Source of the DNA: an uncultured Bacteroidota bacterium | GTDB lineage: Bacteria > Bacteroidota > Bacteroidia > Chitinophagales > LD1 | Reading direction: 5' to 3' | DNA: 64,000 nt | NCBI GenBank assembly: GCA_903919075.1 | Contig: CAIXGR010000073.1 | Span: forward strand, 11,661-75,660 | In this document: one piece after another, positions 38,164 through 47,054 of the stretch | Layout: every line of letters starts with the position of its first letter | How positions within the stretch are numbered: position 1 is the stretch's first letter | Notes under the pieces: generated by a model | Seen by the model: only the letters and a program-made list of their open reading frames with translations | Told to the model about the DNA's origin: nothing | The model's database searches: none | Translations under genes and position numbers: made by a program

Positions 38164-38198
38164 CAAATATAGTGGAAATTGGAATAAAAGCAAAAGAG
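38164..38198 (-). promoter_or_regulatory. Bacteroidetes-type promoter of rimP-nusA-infB (-33 TTTG / -7 TATATTTG)
   Basis: Minus strand reads TTTG-19 nt-TATATTTG. This matches the TTTG...TAnnTTTG consensus and spacing, and it lies about 55 nt upstream of the rimP ATG. Confidence 0.55.
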
Positions 38199-38322
38199 TT
38201 TTGGGCCCCGGGGGGTAAAGGGTTAAAAGGTGGTTACAGGTGGTAACACTTTTTTTTGTGCAAAAAAATGATTATCAATGAATTGATTTTTAAAGTGTTA
38301 CCCCCTTAATTATAAAACTTGA

Positions 38323-39579
38323 TTACGGAGCTGGCGTTTCTTCTTCAGTTGCCTGCTCGGTATAGCCCTCATAATCCTGCCAATAACCTGCTTTGTAAGG
38401 GTAGCGTTCCAGGTAAAGTTGTTTTACTTTTTTAAAGAGCAATTGTCGCAACTCGCCGGTGTTTCGGTTTTGAATGGCGGATACAAAAATGCAGTTATCG
38501 TGCGTGCGTGCTATCCAGCTTTCGCGTAATTCTTTTAACAGGCTAGTTTTTATTTCGGCGGGCAAATACTCATCGAACCTTTTCTGTTCGTACAAATCCA
38601 TTTTATTGAAGATGACCACTACGGGTTTATTATCGCAATGCAATTCTTTCAAAATGTCATTCACCACTTTCATCTGGTCTTCGAATGCGGGATGAGAAAT
38701 ATCGACTACATGAAGCAGGATATCTGCTTCAATGGCTTCATCGAGGGTAGACTTAAAGCTTTCTACTAAATGATGTGGCAGCTTGCGTATAAAACCTACA
38801 GTATCGCTTAATAAAAATGGAACGGCGTTAAAAGTAACCTTGCGCACAGTAGTATCGAGCGTTGCAAACAGTTTGTTTTCGGCAAATACATTTTCTTTAG
38901 CCAGCAAATTCATTAAAGTTGATTTGCCCACATTGGTATAACCTACCAATGCTACGCGAATCATTTCGCCCCGGTTTTTGCGACGCACGGCGTTTTGCTT
39001 ATCAATCTCTTTCAGCTTCTCTTTTAACGATGTGATTTTTTTTAGTGCTACCCGGCGATCGGTTTCAATTTCTTTTTCGCCCGAGCCACCCCGTGTGCCG
39101 GTGCCTCCACGTTGCCGTTCTAAGTGCGTCCACATACCTTTAAGTCGGGGTAACATGTATTGCAACTGTGCTAAGTCGACCTGTGTGCGGGCTTGCACGG
39201 TACGGGCGCGAGTGGCAAATATGTCGAGTATCAGCATACTGCGGTCCAGCACTTTTTTCTTTACGGTTTCTTCAATAGTGCGCTGCTGCGAAGGGGAAAG
39301 TTCATCATCGACAATTACTAAGTCTACATTGCGAGATTCGACGTAGGCTTTAATTTCTTCCAGCTTGCCCTTACCAACGTATGATTTGGAATCGGGATGG
39401 GATAGCTTTTGTACAAATCGTTTTACGGTTTGCACCCCATCGGTTAATGCCAAAAACTCAAGTTCATCTAAATACTCAGTGGTTTGTTCCTCAGTCTGTT
39501 CTTGCGATATAAGCCCTACCAACACGGCGGTTTCCTGCTTAAAATTTATGTTATCGTTTAGTTTTTTCGGCTCTTTCAT
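38323..39579 (-). CDS. hflX: GTPase HflX
   Basis: 418 aa. HflX N-domain (ELEFLALT...), LPRLKGMWTHLERQRGG, G-domain (VGYTNVGKSTL, DTVGF, NKMD). Confidence 0.93.
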   Translation of the reverse strand: MKEPKKLNDNINFKQETAVLVGLISQEQTEEQTTEYLDELEFLALTDGVQTVKRFVQKLSHPDSKSYVGKGKLEEIKAYVESRNVDLVIVDDELSPSQQRTIEETVKKKVLDRSMLILDIFATRARTVQARTQVDLAQLQYMLPRLKGMWTHLERQRGGTGTRGGSGEKEIETDRRVALKKITSLKEKLKEIDKQNAVRRKNRGEMIRVALVGYTNVGKSTLMNLLAKENVFAENKLFATLDTTVRKVTFNAVPFLLSDTVGFIRKLPHHLVESFKSTLDEAIEADILLHVVDISHPAFEDQMKVVNDILKELHCDNKPVVVIFNKMDLYEQKRFDEYLPAEIKTSLLKELRESWIARTHDNCIFVSAIQNRNTGELRQLLFKKVKQLYLERYPYKAGYWQDYEGYTEQATEEETPAP

Positions 39580-39761
39580 TAATCAAAAATAAGAATCAGC
39601 ATTTGTTTATTGGCAATCCAGGTAATTAAGTAATAGCTCTTTATTCATATTTAACGGCTGAAAGCCAACGCAGGCAAGCTTTTTTTCATCTTTAATGAGG
39701 AAAGATTTTGGAAAATATTTAATTTCAGTAACTTTATCCGCACTAATATTCTGTTGATTAA

Positions 39762-40796
39762 ATGAGAAATATATACGCAGCTTTATTTTTGGTGTTGTGT
39801 TGTACTTCGTCCATACAGGCGCAGGATATTCATTTTTCGCAATACTATGCAGCGCCTATTTCGCTTAACCCGGCACTTACGGGTGATATTAATGGTGTGT
39901 TTCGTGTAGCAGCTAATTACCGCAACCAATGGTTTAATATTCCAACACTTAATGCAGTAGCACCTTATCAAACTTATCAGGCGTCTTTCGATATGCCGAT
40001 TTTGCGTGAGCGTTTGGGTAATGATGGATTGGGTATTGGCGGCATGTTATATTCAGATAAAGCCGGCGATGGAGCTTTGACTACTTTTTCGGGTTTAGTA
40101 TCTATTGCTTACCATAAAGCGGTTGACCGTTATGGCAGGGCGCGCCTTTCATTCGGTATGCAGGCGGGGGTTGTTTCGAAGCAAATAAATATCAACAACC
40201 TTTTTTTCGAAAATCAATTGGATAACTATGGCTGGAACGCCACACTTCCGAATGGCGAGAACAATTTTGCTAACAAAGCAATTATATACCCAGAAGTAAA
40301 TCTGGGAGCGCTTTGGACTCATGCACCTAAAGAGAAATTCAGATATTACTTAGGCTATTCAATGCAGCATTTGTCGCGGCCCAGAGAATCTTTTTTAAAT
40401 GATGGCTACCGTACCAAGATTAACTACCGATACAATATGCATGGCGGCATGGACTTTTTTTTAAACAGCGACAATACACTAAGTATATCTCCAACTTTTT
40501 TATTTATGCTACAGCAGCAGGCTACCGAGTATAATATTGGGCTAGGTGTTAATTATTGGCTTAATGATAATTGGGCCGTATTTGGTGCCGGATTTTACCG
40601 CCTAGGCGATGCAGCTATTTTAAATGGAGGTGTTGAGTTTTTTAATGTTCGTTTGGGCCTTAGTTACGATATAAACTATTCCAGCTTAAGTACTGCGACC
40701 AACGCACAGGGCGCGCTCGAAATTTCTGCCGTATACATTTTTAAAAAGGAAAAGCCCGGCAGAATTCAATACGCCAGTTATTGCCCGCTTTTCTAG
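39762..40796 (+). CDS. PorP/SprF-family type IX secretion system membrane protein
   Basis: 344 aa with signal peptide. The signature opening QDIHFSQYYAAPISLNPALTG and beta-barrel-like remainder are typical of PorP/SprF. Confidence 0.85.
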   Translation: MRNIYAALFLVLCCTSSIQAQDIHFSQYYAAPISLNPALTGDINGVFRVAANYRNQWFNIPTLNAVAPYQTYQASFDMPILRERLGNDGLGIGGMLYSDKAGDGALTTFSGLVSIAYHKAVDRYGRARLSFGMQAGVVSKQININNLFFENQLDNYGWNATLPNGENNFANKAIIYPEVNLGALWTHAPKEKFRYYLGYSMQHLSRPRESFLNDGYRTKINYRYNMHGGMDFFLNSDNTLSISPTFLFMLQQQATEYNIGLGVNYWLNDNWAVFGAGFYRLGDAAILNGGVEFFNVRLGLSYDINYSSLSTATNAQGALEISAVYIFKKEKPGRIQYASYCPLF

Positions 40797-41036
40797 GGCT
40801 TTTACCATGATATTATGAGCCGCAGGCAACCGCCAATAGATTTGTTTCATCTCATATATGTATCTCAAAAAAATAGTTGAAACTGATAATGAATTTAAAA
40901 AGTGTGGTAATGAAGACATAGCCCCCCGATAGTTGTTTAAAAATGAAGAAAGGCTTTATGCTGGTTTTTGGAATAATTTATCACCTTTAATCCCTAAAAA
41001 AATAGTATAGTAATTATTTTTCCGGCACCTGGGCCT

Positions 41037-44000
41037 ATGATGAAGAAATTTATTGTTTCGTGTTTTTTAATGGTTGTTTTTTTTATTCTGCAGGTAAACG
41101 GGCAGGCTAATACTACTTGCCTTGCGCCATTGCCTGATGATTGCAGTACTGCATGTGACTTGGGCAGTTTGCCCGCACCAGCGGCTTGTTTCAATGGTGG
41201 GCCAGATACTTCGTATGGTGCGCCTGTAAGTTTTAGTATGAGCAATATTGGTGGTACTGCAAGCGGCCCCAACTACTCAAGTTTACAGGGCTGTGCCGGA
41301 CCGGCAATAGATGTGTGGTACACATTTACAGCCACGGGTACACAGCTTTCGCTTAATATTAACAACTCAACAATTGCCAACCCAAATGTAAGCCTCTATT
41401 TGGGTAACAATTGTAGTGGTTTAGTTGGGCAAGCATGTTATACCGGTTCTGGAGGCACCCTTTCCGCATCTTTCGATGCGTTAACCCCAGGTGATGTTTA
41501 TTATTTACAAATATCAGGAGGCAGTACTACTGATGTAGGAAATTTTTCGCTTACACTTCAAAATAATTTTCTTTGTTCGGCGTGTTTGTTAGGCCAAGAG
41601 GTTAGTGCAACGCCCACGCCTGTTAATGGCGTTTACGGCCCGGGACAAACTGTTACATTTTGTTATACCGTAACTAACTACAACCAAAATGCGATAAACT
41701 GGCTACACGGTGTAGTTTTAAGTTTTGGCTCGGGTTGGAAAACATCGAGTTTTGTGGTCACCTCTATTCCTCAATCTTGCGACCCTACACTTGGCGCATA
41801 TTGGGGTTTTTATAATAGCGTTACGTCGCAAGAGACCGGTAATACTTATGGGCCAGGTTTTTTTTATGAATCAACTATGGGCTCTAATTGCAATTGTATA
41901 GATGGAGATCCGGGCGATAATTATGGCGATGGTGGTGTGGGTCCATCATGCCAGATAACTTTTTGTTGGAAAATTACTACCAAGCCTGATTGCAACAGTG
42001 GCAGCGATTTAGGAGTTGTAATTAAAACTACGGGAGATTATTTGTCGGGTGCATGGACCAACCCAGGCTGCCAAAACGACCCGGCAGCTAATTTTGATGC
42101 GGCACTTGTTTGTTGCATTCCACCGGTGGTTACTAGTGTAACACCTACATGTAACCAAGCTAATGGCAAGGCCATAGCTAAAGGTAATGCAGTAGGCCCA
42201 TGGACATATACCTGGAAAAACGCGGCTGGCAATACAGTTCAAACCGTGAACAATTTAAATGGCCCCGATACAATTAGCAATCTTGCTGCCGGGCAATATT
42301 TTGTAACCGTTACCGATGCCAACGGCTGCAGTTCGGCTGCTATAGCTAATGTGGGGTTAACCTCTGCAGCGGTTGCTTCTCCGTCTAATACCGGCCCTTA
42401 TTGCGCGGGGCAAACAATTTCTCTCAATTCAACCGCGGGAAATGCACAGTATAGCTGGAGTGGCCCGAACGGATATACAGCAACAATTCAAAGCCCAACT
42501 AGAAATAATGCAACTGTGGCAATGGGTGGTATATATACAGTAACGGTTACTACAAATACAGGGTGTACCATTTCCGCCAGTACTAATGTTATTGTAAATG
42601 CATTACCGGCTGCTGCGGCTTCGCCTACAACAGTAACTATATGCGAGGGGGTAAGCCAAAAACTTACAGCTTCGGGGGGTGCTTCATACTTATGGAGCAA
42701 TCAGGCCGGTACCGATACTACCACTGTAACACCAAGTTCAACCACTACTTATTTTGTTACTGTAACTGGTGCTAATAATTGTACGGCAACAGCATCAAGT
42801 ACGGTAAATGTTAATCAAACACCGCCAGCGGCAATAACACCCGCCTTGGCAAATTTATGTGGAGGGCAGGACACTACTTTAACGGCCTCCGGTGGCATTG
42901 AATATATCTGGAGCACTACGGAAACATCTACTTTCATTAATGTTAGTGCTAATGGTAGTGCGGAATATGATGTTACTGTAACTGATGCTAATGGTTGTAG
43001 TGCTTCATCATCAGCCATAGTTAATGCGGTATCAACCCCATCGGTTTTGCCAACTACTACTGATGCCAGCTGCTACAATGGCAACAACGGTACTGCTACG
43101 GCACATGTTTTCGACGGAACCCCTCCTTACCAATATGCCTGGGCTGGGGGCGGCACGGCTTTAGATTCAAGTATGACTAATCTTAGCCAGGGCCCTGTAA
43201 ACGTAATTGTAACCGATGCTAATAATTGTATTGCAACGGCTTCGTTTGTTATTAATCAACCACCTCAAATTATTATTACCACTATTACACAGCTTGATGT
43301 TAGCTGCAATGGAGGTAACGATGGATATATTACAGTAAGTACAACCGGTGGCTATCCACTATATAGTTTTGCATGGAGTAATAATGTGGTAGGCCAAACT
43401 GATTCGGATTTAGTAGCCGGAATATATGTGCTTACTGTAACCGACGCCAATCTTTGCCAGGCTATACAGACAGATACGATTAATCAACCAGCGGCCGTAG
43501 TAACAAATCCAATAGTTTCGAATGTGCTTTGCTTTAGCGCGGCTGATGGTTCTATCGATTCGCACCCCAGCGGTGGTATTCCTCCATATTTATATAAATG
43601 GTCAAACGGACAAACTGATAGTATTGCAACTGCATTGGTGATAGGCAATTACTATGTAACAGTTACGGATTATAATGCTTGTTCTGCTTCGGGTTTGGGA
43701 ACGGTTGACCAGCCAAGCCAAATGCAGATAAATACTTTTGTAACCACAGTTAAATGTATAGGCCAGCAAAATGGAACTATATTGGTTACAGACACCGGTG
43801 GCGTGCCACCATATAATTCGTACGCAACTAAAGATAATGTTAGTTTTAATTTTGCCGATACCACCGGGCTTATTATCGGGCTTGATACCGGTGTTTACAC
43901 CGTTGGTGTTTCGGACAACCACGGGTGCACTAAGTCAATAAAAGTAAATGTGCCAAATGCAATACCTGACGCTTTTGTGGCTACAACCGACTCAACACTA

Positions 44001-44750
44001 TGTTATGGCCCTGGATATAATGATGGGGGCGCACATGTTATTACTACCACTAACGGGAATGGCCCTTACCAGTATAGTATTGATGGTGGCCCATTGCAAC
44101 AAAACGGAGATTTCTTTAATCTATCAGCAGGTATACATTTAGTTGTTTCGTTAAGCGCTAATCAGTGCATTGACACAATACCGGTAGAAGTTTTTGAGCC
44201 GCTGCCTATTGAAGCCAACATAGTGCCAGATACTGTTACGTTACCTTTAGGAGGAAGCCAAATGGTGCAGGTTTATTATTTGAATACGACGAACCCATCA
44301 TACAGTTGGGACCCATCTATAGGATTAAGTTGTTTTGATTGCGGTAACCCTGTAGTTAATAGTTATGCACCGGGGGTTTATACAGTTACGTTAAGCGAGG
44401 GAAAGAAAGTTATTAATGGTGTGCCTACTGCTACCTGTTATGGTTCGGCCAGTTTATATGTAGAGGTATTGAAACATCAACCGGTATTTATACCTAATTC
44501 ATTTTCGCCTAACGGAGATGGAAATAATGATGTGTTTACTGTATACGGTGCTGGCATTAAGTATATTGATATGAAAATTTTTAACCGGTGGGGTGAATTG
44601 GTTTATCAAACCAATAATATGCTGGCCGGTTGGGATGGCACCTATAAGGGCGTGCTGCAACTGCCGGGCGTTTTTGTTTATGAAGCAACTATTACTTTCC
44701 TTAATGATAAGCAGGTTCAGCAAAACGGCTCGGTAACTTTAATAAGATAG
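41037..44750 (+). CDS. Giant cell-surface adhesin-like protein with SprB-type repeats and a T9SS type-B C-terminal sorting domain
   Basis: 1237 aa with signal peptide. N-terminal PPC-like domain (DVWYTFTA...YYLQISG). Ig-like modules follow. Repeated CxxGxxGxxxxxxxGGxxPYxYxW units (e.g. DASCYNGNNGTATAHVFDGTPPYQYAW, DVSCNGGNDGYITVSTTGGYPLYSFAW) occur about 42140-44110. C-terminal gliding-motility-associated domain: PNSFSPNGDGNNDVF...IFNRWGELVYQ...GWDGTYKG. Confidence 0.85.
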   Translation: MMKKFIVSCFLMVVFFILQVNGQANTTCLAPLPDDCSTACDLGSLPAPAACFNGGPDTSYGAPVSFSMSNIGGTASGPNYSSLQGCAGPAIDVWYTFTATGTQLSLNINNSTIANPNVSLYLGNNCSGLVGQACYTGSGGTLSASFDALTPGDVYYLQISGGSTTDVGNFSLTLQNNFLCSACLLGQEVSATPTPVNGVYGPGQTVTFCYTVTNYNQNAINWLHGVVLSFGSGWKTSSFVVTSIPQSCDPTLGAYWGFYNSVTSQETGNTYGPGFFYESTMGSNCNCIDGDPGDNYGDGGVGPSCQITFCWKITTKPDCNSGSDLGVVIKTTGDYLSGAWTNPGCQNDPAANFDAALVCCIPPVVTSVTPTCNQANGKAIAKGNAVGPWTYTWKNAAGNTVQTVNNLNGPDTISNLAAGQYFVTVTDANGCSSAAIANVGLTSAAVASPSNTGPYCAGQTISLNSTAGNAQYSWSGPNGYTATIQSPTRNNATVAMGGIYTVTVTTNTGCTISASTNVIVNALPAAAASPTTVTICEGVSQKLTASGGASYLWSNQAGTDTTTVTPSSTTTYFVTVTGANNCTATASSTVNVNQTPPAAITPALANLCGGQDTTLTASGGIEYIWSTTETSTFINVSANGSAEYDVTVTDANGCSASSSAIVNAVSTPSVLPTTTDASCYNGNNGTATAHVFDGTPPYQYAWAGGGTALDSSMTNLSQGPVNVIVTDANNCIATASFVINQPPQIIITTITQLDVSCNGGNDGYITVSTTGGYPLYSFAWSNNVVGQTDSDLVAGIYVLTVTDANLCQAIQTDTINQPAAVVTNPIVSNVLCFSAADGSIDSHPSGGIPPYLYKWSNGQTDSIATALVIGNYYVTVTDYNACSASGLGTVDQPSQMQINTFVTTVKCIGQQNGTILVTDTGGVPPYNSYATKDNVSFNFADTTGLIIGLDTGVYTVGVSDNHGCTKSIKVNVPNAIPDAFVATTDSTLCYGPGYNDGGAHVITTTNGNGPYQYSIDGGPLQQNGDFFNLSAGIHLVVSLSANQCIDTIPVEVFEPLPIEANIVPDTVTLPLGGSQMVQVYYLNTTNPSYSWDPSIGLSCFDCGNPVVNSYAPGVYTVTLSEGKKVINGVPTATCYGSASLYVEVLKHQPVFIPNSFSPNGDGNNDVFTVYGAGIKYIDMKIFNRWGELVYQTNNMLAGWDGTYKGVLQLPGVFVYEATITFLNDKQVQQNGSVTLIR

Positions 44751-44761
44751 GATAACCGTTT

Positions 44762-45556
44762 CTATTCAAAAACACCAATTCCGAAAAGAGCGAAATCATA
44801 TTTAACAGGGTCGTTAGGGTCGAAGAGTCTTAGATTTTCCGTTAGCTCAAGCACGGTTAGCCAGTCGGTTTGTTTTCTTTTTATCAATCCTAATTTTCGG
44901 GCCACGCGATCAACGTGAACATCGAGCGGGCAAAGCAATTGCGTGGGTTTAATTTTTTTCCATAAACCGAAATCTACTCCGCTTTTATCTTTGCGAACCA
45001 TCCATCGTAAAAACATATTCATTCTCTTGCAACTCGACTTCCGCACAGGTGTAGCAATATGTTTTTTGGTGCGCAACGGTGCGTCTTCTAATGAAAAGAA
45101 GAGTTCATGAAAACCCGCTAACGAAGATTCAACATGCACCGATTTTGCAGGTAAAAACCTTGCAAAGGCATCTTCAAGAGTATTGTGTTTGCGATAGTAC
45201 TGCTTAAAAAATTCAATAAAATATAAAGTATCAGTTGTATTAAAAGTTCTGTGGCTGAAATGAAGGAATTTTTTCAGGTCGGTTTCGCTGTAGTGCAGCA
45301 TAAAATCGTGCGGGGCATTGTCCATCCAACCTGCTAATTTATTGGCCGAGCTGATGATAGACTTGCGGTTGCCCCAACTAAGCATGGCAGTCCAGAATGC
45401 CATTATTTCAATATCCTGCAATTTTTTAAATCGGTGTGGAATTGAAATAGGGTCAGTTTCGATAAAACCCAGCGAATTATATTGATGATATTTTTCTTCC
45501 AGCAAATTGTAAACCAAATCGTGTTTGGCAATATACTTTTTCATTGTCCGGTGCAT
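44762..45556 (-). CDS. TIGR02757-family (DUF2400) protein
   Basis: 264 aa. DPISIPHRFKKLQDIEIMAFWTAMLSWGNRKSII and CPLDVHV motifs match my recollection of this family. Confidence 0.65.
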   Translation of the reverse strand: MHRTMKKYIAKHDLVYNLLEEKYHQYNSLGFIETDPISIPHRFKKLQDIEIMAFWTAMLSWGNRKSIISSANKLAGWMDNAPHDFMLHYSETDLKKFLHFSHRTFNTTDTLYFIEFFKQYYRKHNTLEDAFARFLPAKSVHVESSLAGFHELFFSLEDAPLRTKKHIATPVRKSSCKRMNMFLRWMVRKDKSGVDFGLWKKIKPTQLLCPLDVHVDRVARKLGLIKRKQTDWLTVLELTENLRLFDPNDPVKYDFALFGIGVFE

Positions 45557-45652
45557 TAAATAGCATGTAAAAGATATAATAAAATGCAGAAATGCCTATA
45601 TTGTTTCCGAAATACTATCTTTATTCTATTCTTTAAATAAAAATTTTCGGTT

Positions 45653-47002
45653 ATGAAACCTAAATCTGCATTACAACTGTTTACTACAGTTATGGCCTTG
45701 TTACTTTTTATTTTTCAGGTCGGCGCTCAAAATAAGGATATTGACAAAGGAAAAGAAACCCTAACCAAGGCCATGGAGCAAAAAGATGCTGCCAAACGCC
45801 AGGAAATGATTGGCAAAGCAAGAGAGGCATTTCAAAAAGGCGGAATGAAACCGCAGGAAATGGCCGTTTTGTTTGGTGATGCTTATTTGGAGAAAGGGGA
45901 CCTGGTAAGTGCGGCCAATTCGTATAACACTGCCAGCAAAGAAGAAAAGAAAGAAGGGCTTAAAAAAGTTGCTGATGCATATGTTGAAAGTGCTTTTAAT
46001 GGTGATGAAAAGGGTATGACGAAAGCCTTAAATAAAGCCACCGATTTTTATAAAAAAGCCGATGCTGCAAAAGAAGGTGCACGCGGAATTGGAGACAAGT
46101 TTTATGAAAAAGGCCCCGAGAGTTATAGCAAGGCACTTGACTATTACATAGCAGGCGACGCAGAAGTAAAAATTGAACAAATTGCGAAAGAGCTTTTTAA
46201 TAAAGGTGGAGAAAACGAGGACAAGGCTGCCGAAGTTTATTTAAAGGTTAAAACACCTACAGCATACCAAAAAGCCGGCGATATTTATTTTAATAAAAAG
46301 GAATACCAGAAAGCTATTGATGCTTATCAGGCAGGCAATGATATTGACGGCCTAAAAAAATATGCAGACTATTTATACTCGCAAAACAGAAATGAAGAAG
46401 CCGACAACCTTTATGTAAAAGTGGCCGAAATTATGTCGACCAAAAAAGATGATAGCGCCCTTGAAAAACTTGCTAATGAGTGCGAGAAAAAGGGAAGCTA
46501 CAACCTGGCATCGCGCATTTATGATAAAGCAGGAAATTCAAATTTGGCTGATAAATGCAGGGCGCTTGATAAGCTTATTGCTTTTGATATGGATAGCGCG
46601 AAAATGTTTTTCAATATTGTTAGCGATGCTACTATGGCAAAAGCTATAGATGACAATGCAAAGCTGCTTAGCCCGCTTAAAGATTTAGCCGAAAATTTCG
46701 ACGATATTATGAAAGGGGCACCATCGGTTAATATGATTACGGACAGCGTTACCGGTGCGTCAACACCATCGCCTTCCGACCAAAAAATGGTGGAGGATTA
46801 TTACAAATCGGTACGCGACCAGATTATTAAAAATGTTTATGCGGTTTCAGCCGGCATGATTAAACTTACTAATCCGGAAGTGAAAAAATATGCGCGCATC
46901 AGATTTTTGCGTTACAATGCAGTAAGAAAAATTTTGGATACAGAATCTTTCGCTATCAAAAAACAAAAGCAGGATATTAAAGCACAGGATGTAGTGCTTT
47001 AA
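45653..47002 (+). CDS. Secreted hypothetical protein with degenerate TPR-like helical repeats
   Basis: 449 aa with signal peptide (FIFQVGAQN). Lys/Ala/Asp-rich with a recurring GDxYxxKxxYxKAxDxY pattern. Confidence 0.6.
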   Translation: MKPKSALQLFTTVMALLLFIFQVGAQNKDIDKGKETLTKAMEQKDAAKRQEMIGKAREAFQKGGMKPQEMAVLFGDAYLEKGDLVSAANSYNTASKEEKKEGLKKVADAYVESAFNGDEKGMTKALNKATDFYKKADAAKEGARGIGDKFYEKGPESYSKALDYYIAGDAEVKIEQIAKELFNKGGENEDKAAEVYLKVKTPTAYQKAGDIYFNKKEYQKAIDAYQAGNDIDGLKKYADYLYSQNRNEEADNLYVKVAEIMSTKKDDSALEKLANECEKKGSYNLASRIYDKAGNSNLADKCRALDKLIAFDMDSAKMFFNIVSDATMAKAIDDNAKLLSPLKDLAENFDDIMKGAPSVNMITDSVTGASTPSPSDQKMVEDYYKSVRDQIIKNVYAVSAGMIKLTNPEVKKYARIRFLRYNAVRKILDTESFAIKKQKQDIKAQDVVL

Positions 47003-47016
47003 TAAATCCAGAAGCA

Positions 47017-47054
47017 ATAAAAAAAGCGGCACCTTAATAAGTGCCGCTTTTTTT
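47017..47054. terminator. Bidirectional rho-independent terminator between convergent genes
   Basis: AAAAAGCGGCAC-CTTAATAA-GTGCCGCTTTTT: perfect stem flanked by A- and T-runs. The T-run overlaps the stop codon of the minus-strand gene. Confidence 0.75.

Noticed and set aside
40797-41036. Short ORFs (15-21 codons, e.g. MKKGFMLVFGIIYHL) in the 240-bp spacer upstream of the giant adhesin, considered as possible leader peptides.
   Set aside because: There is no supporting signal (conservation, coupling, structure) that I can evaluate from a single sequence. They are too short to call.
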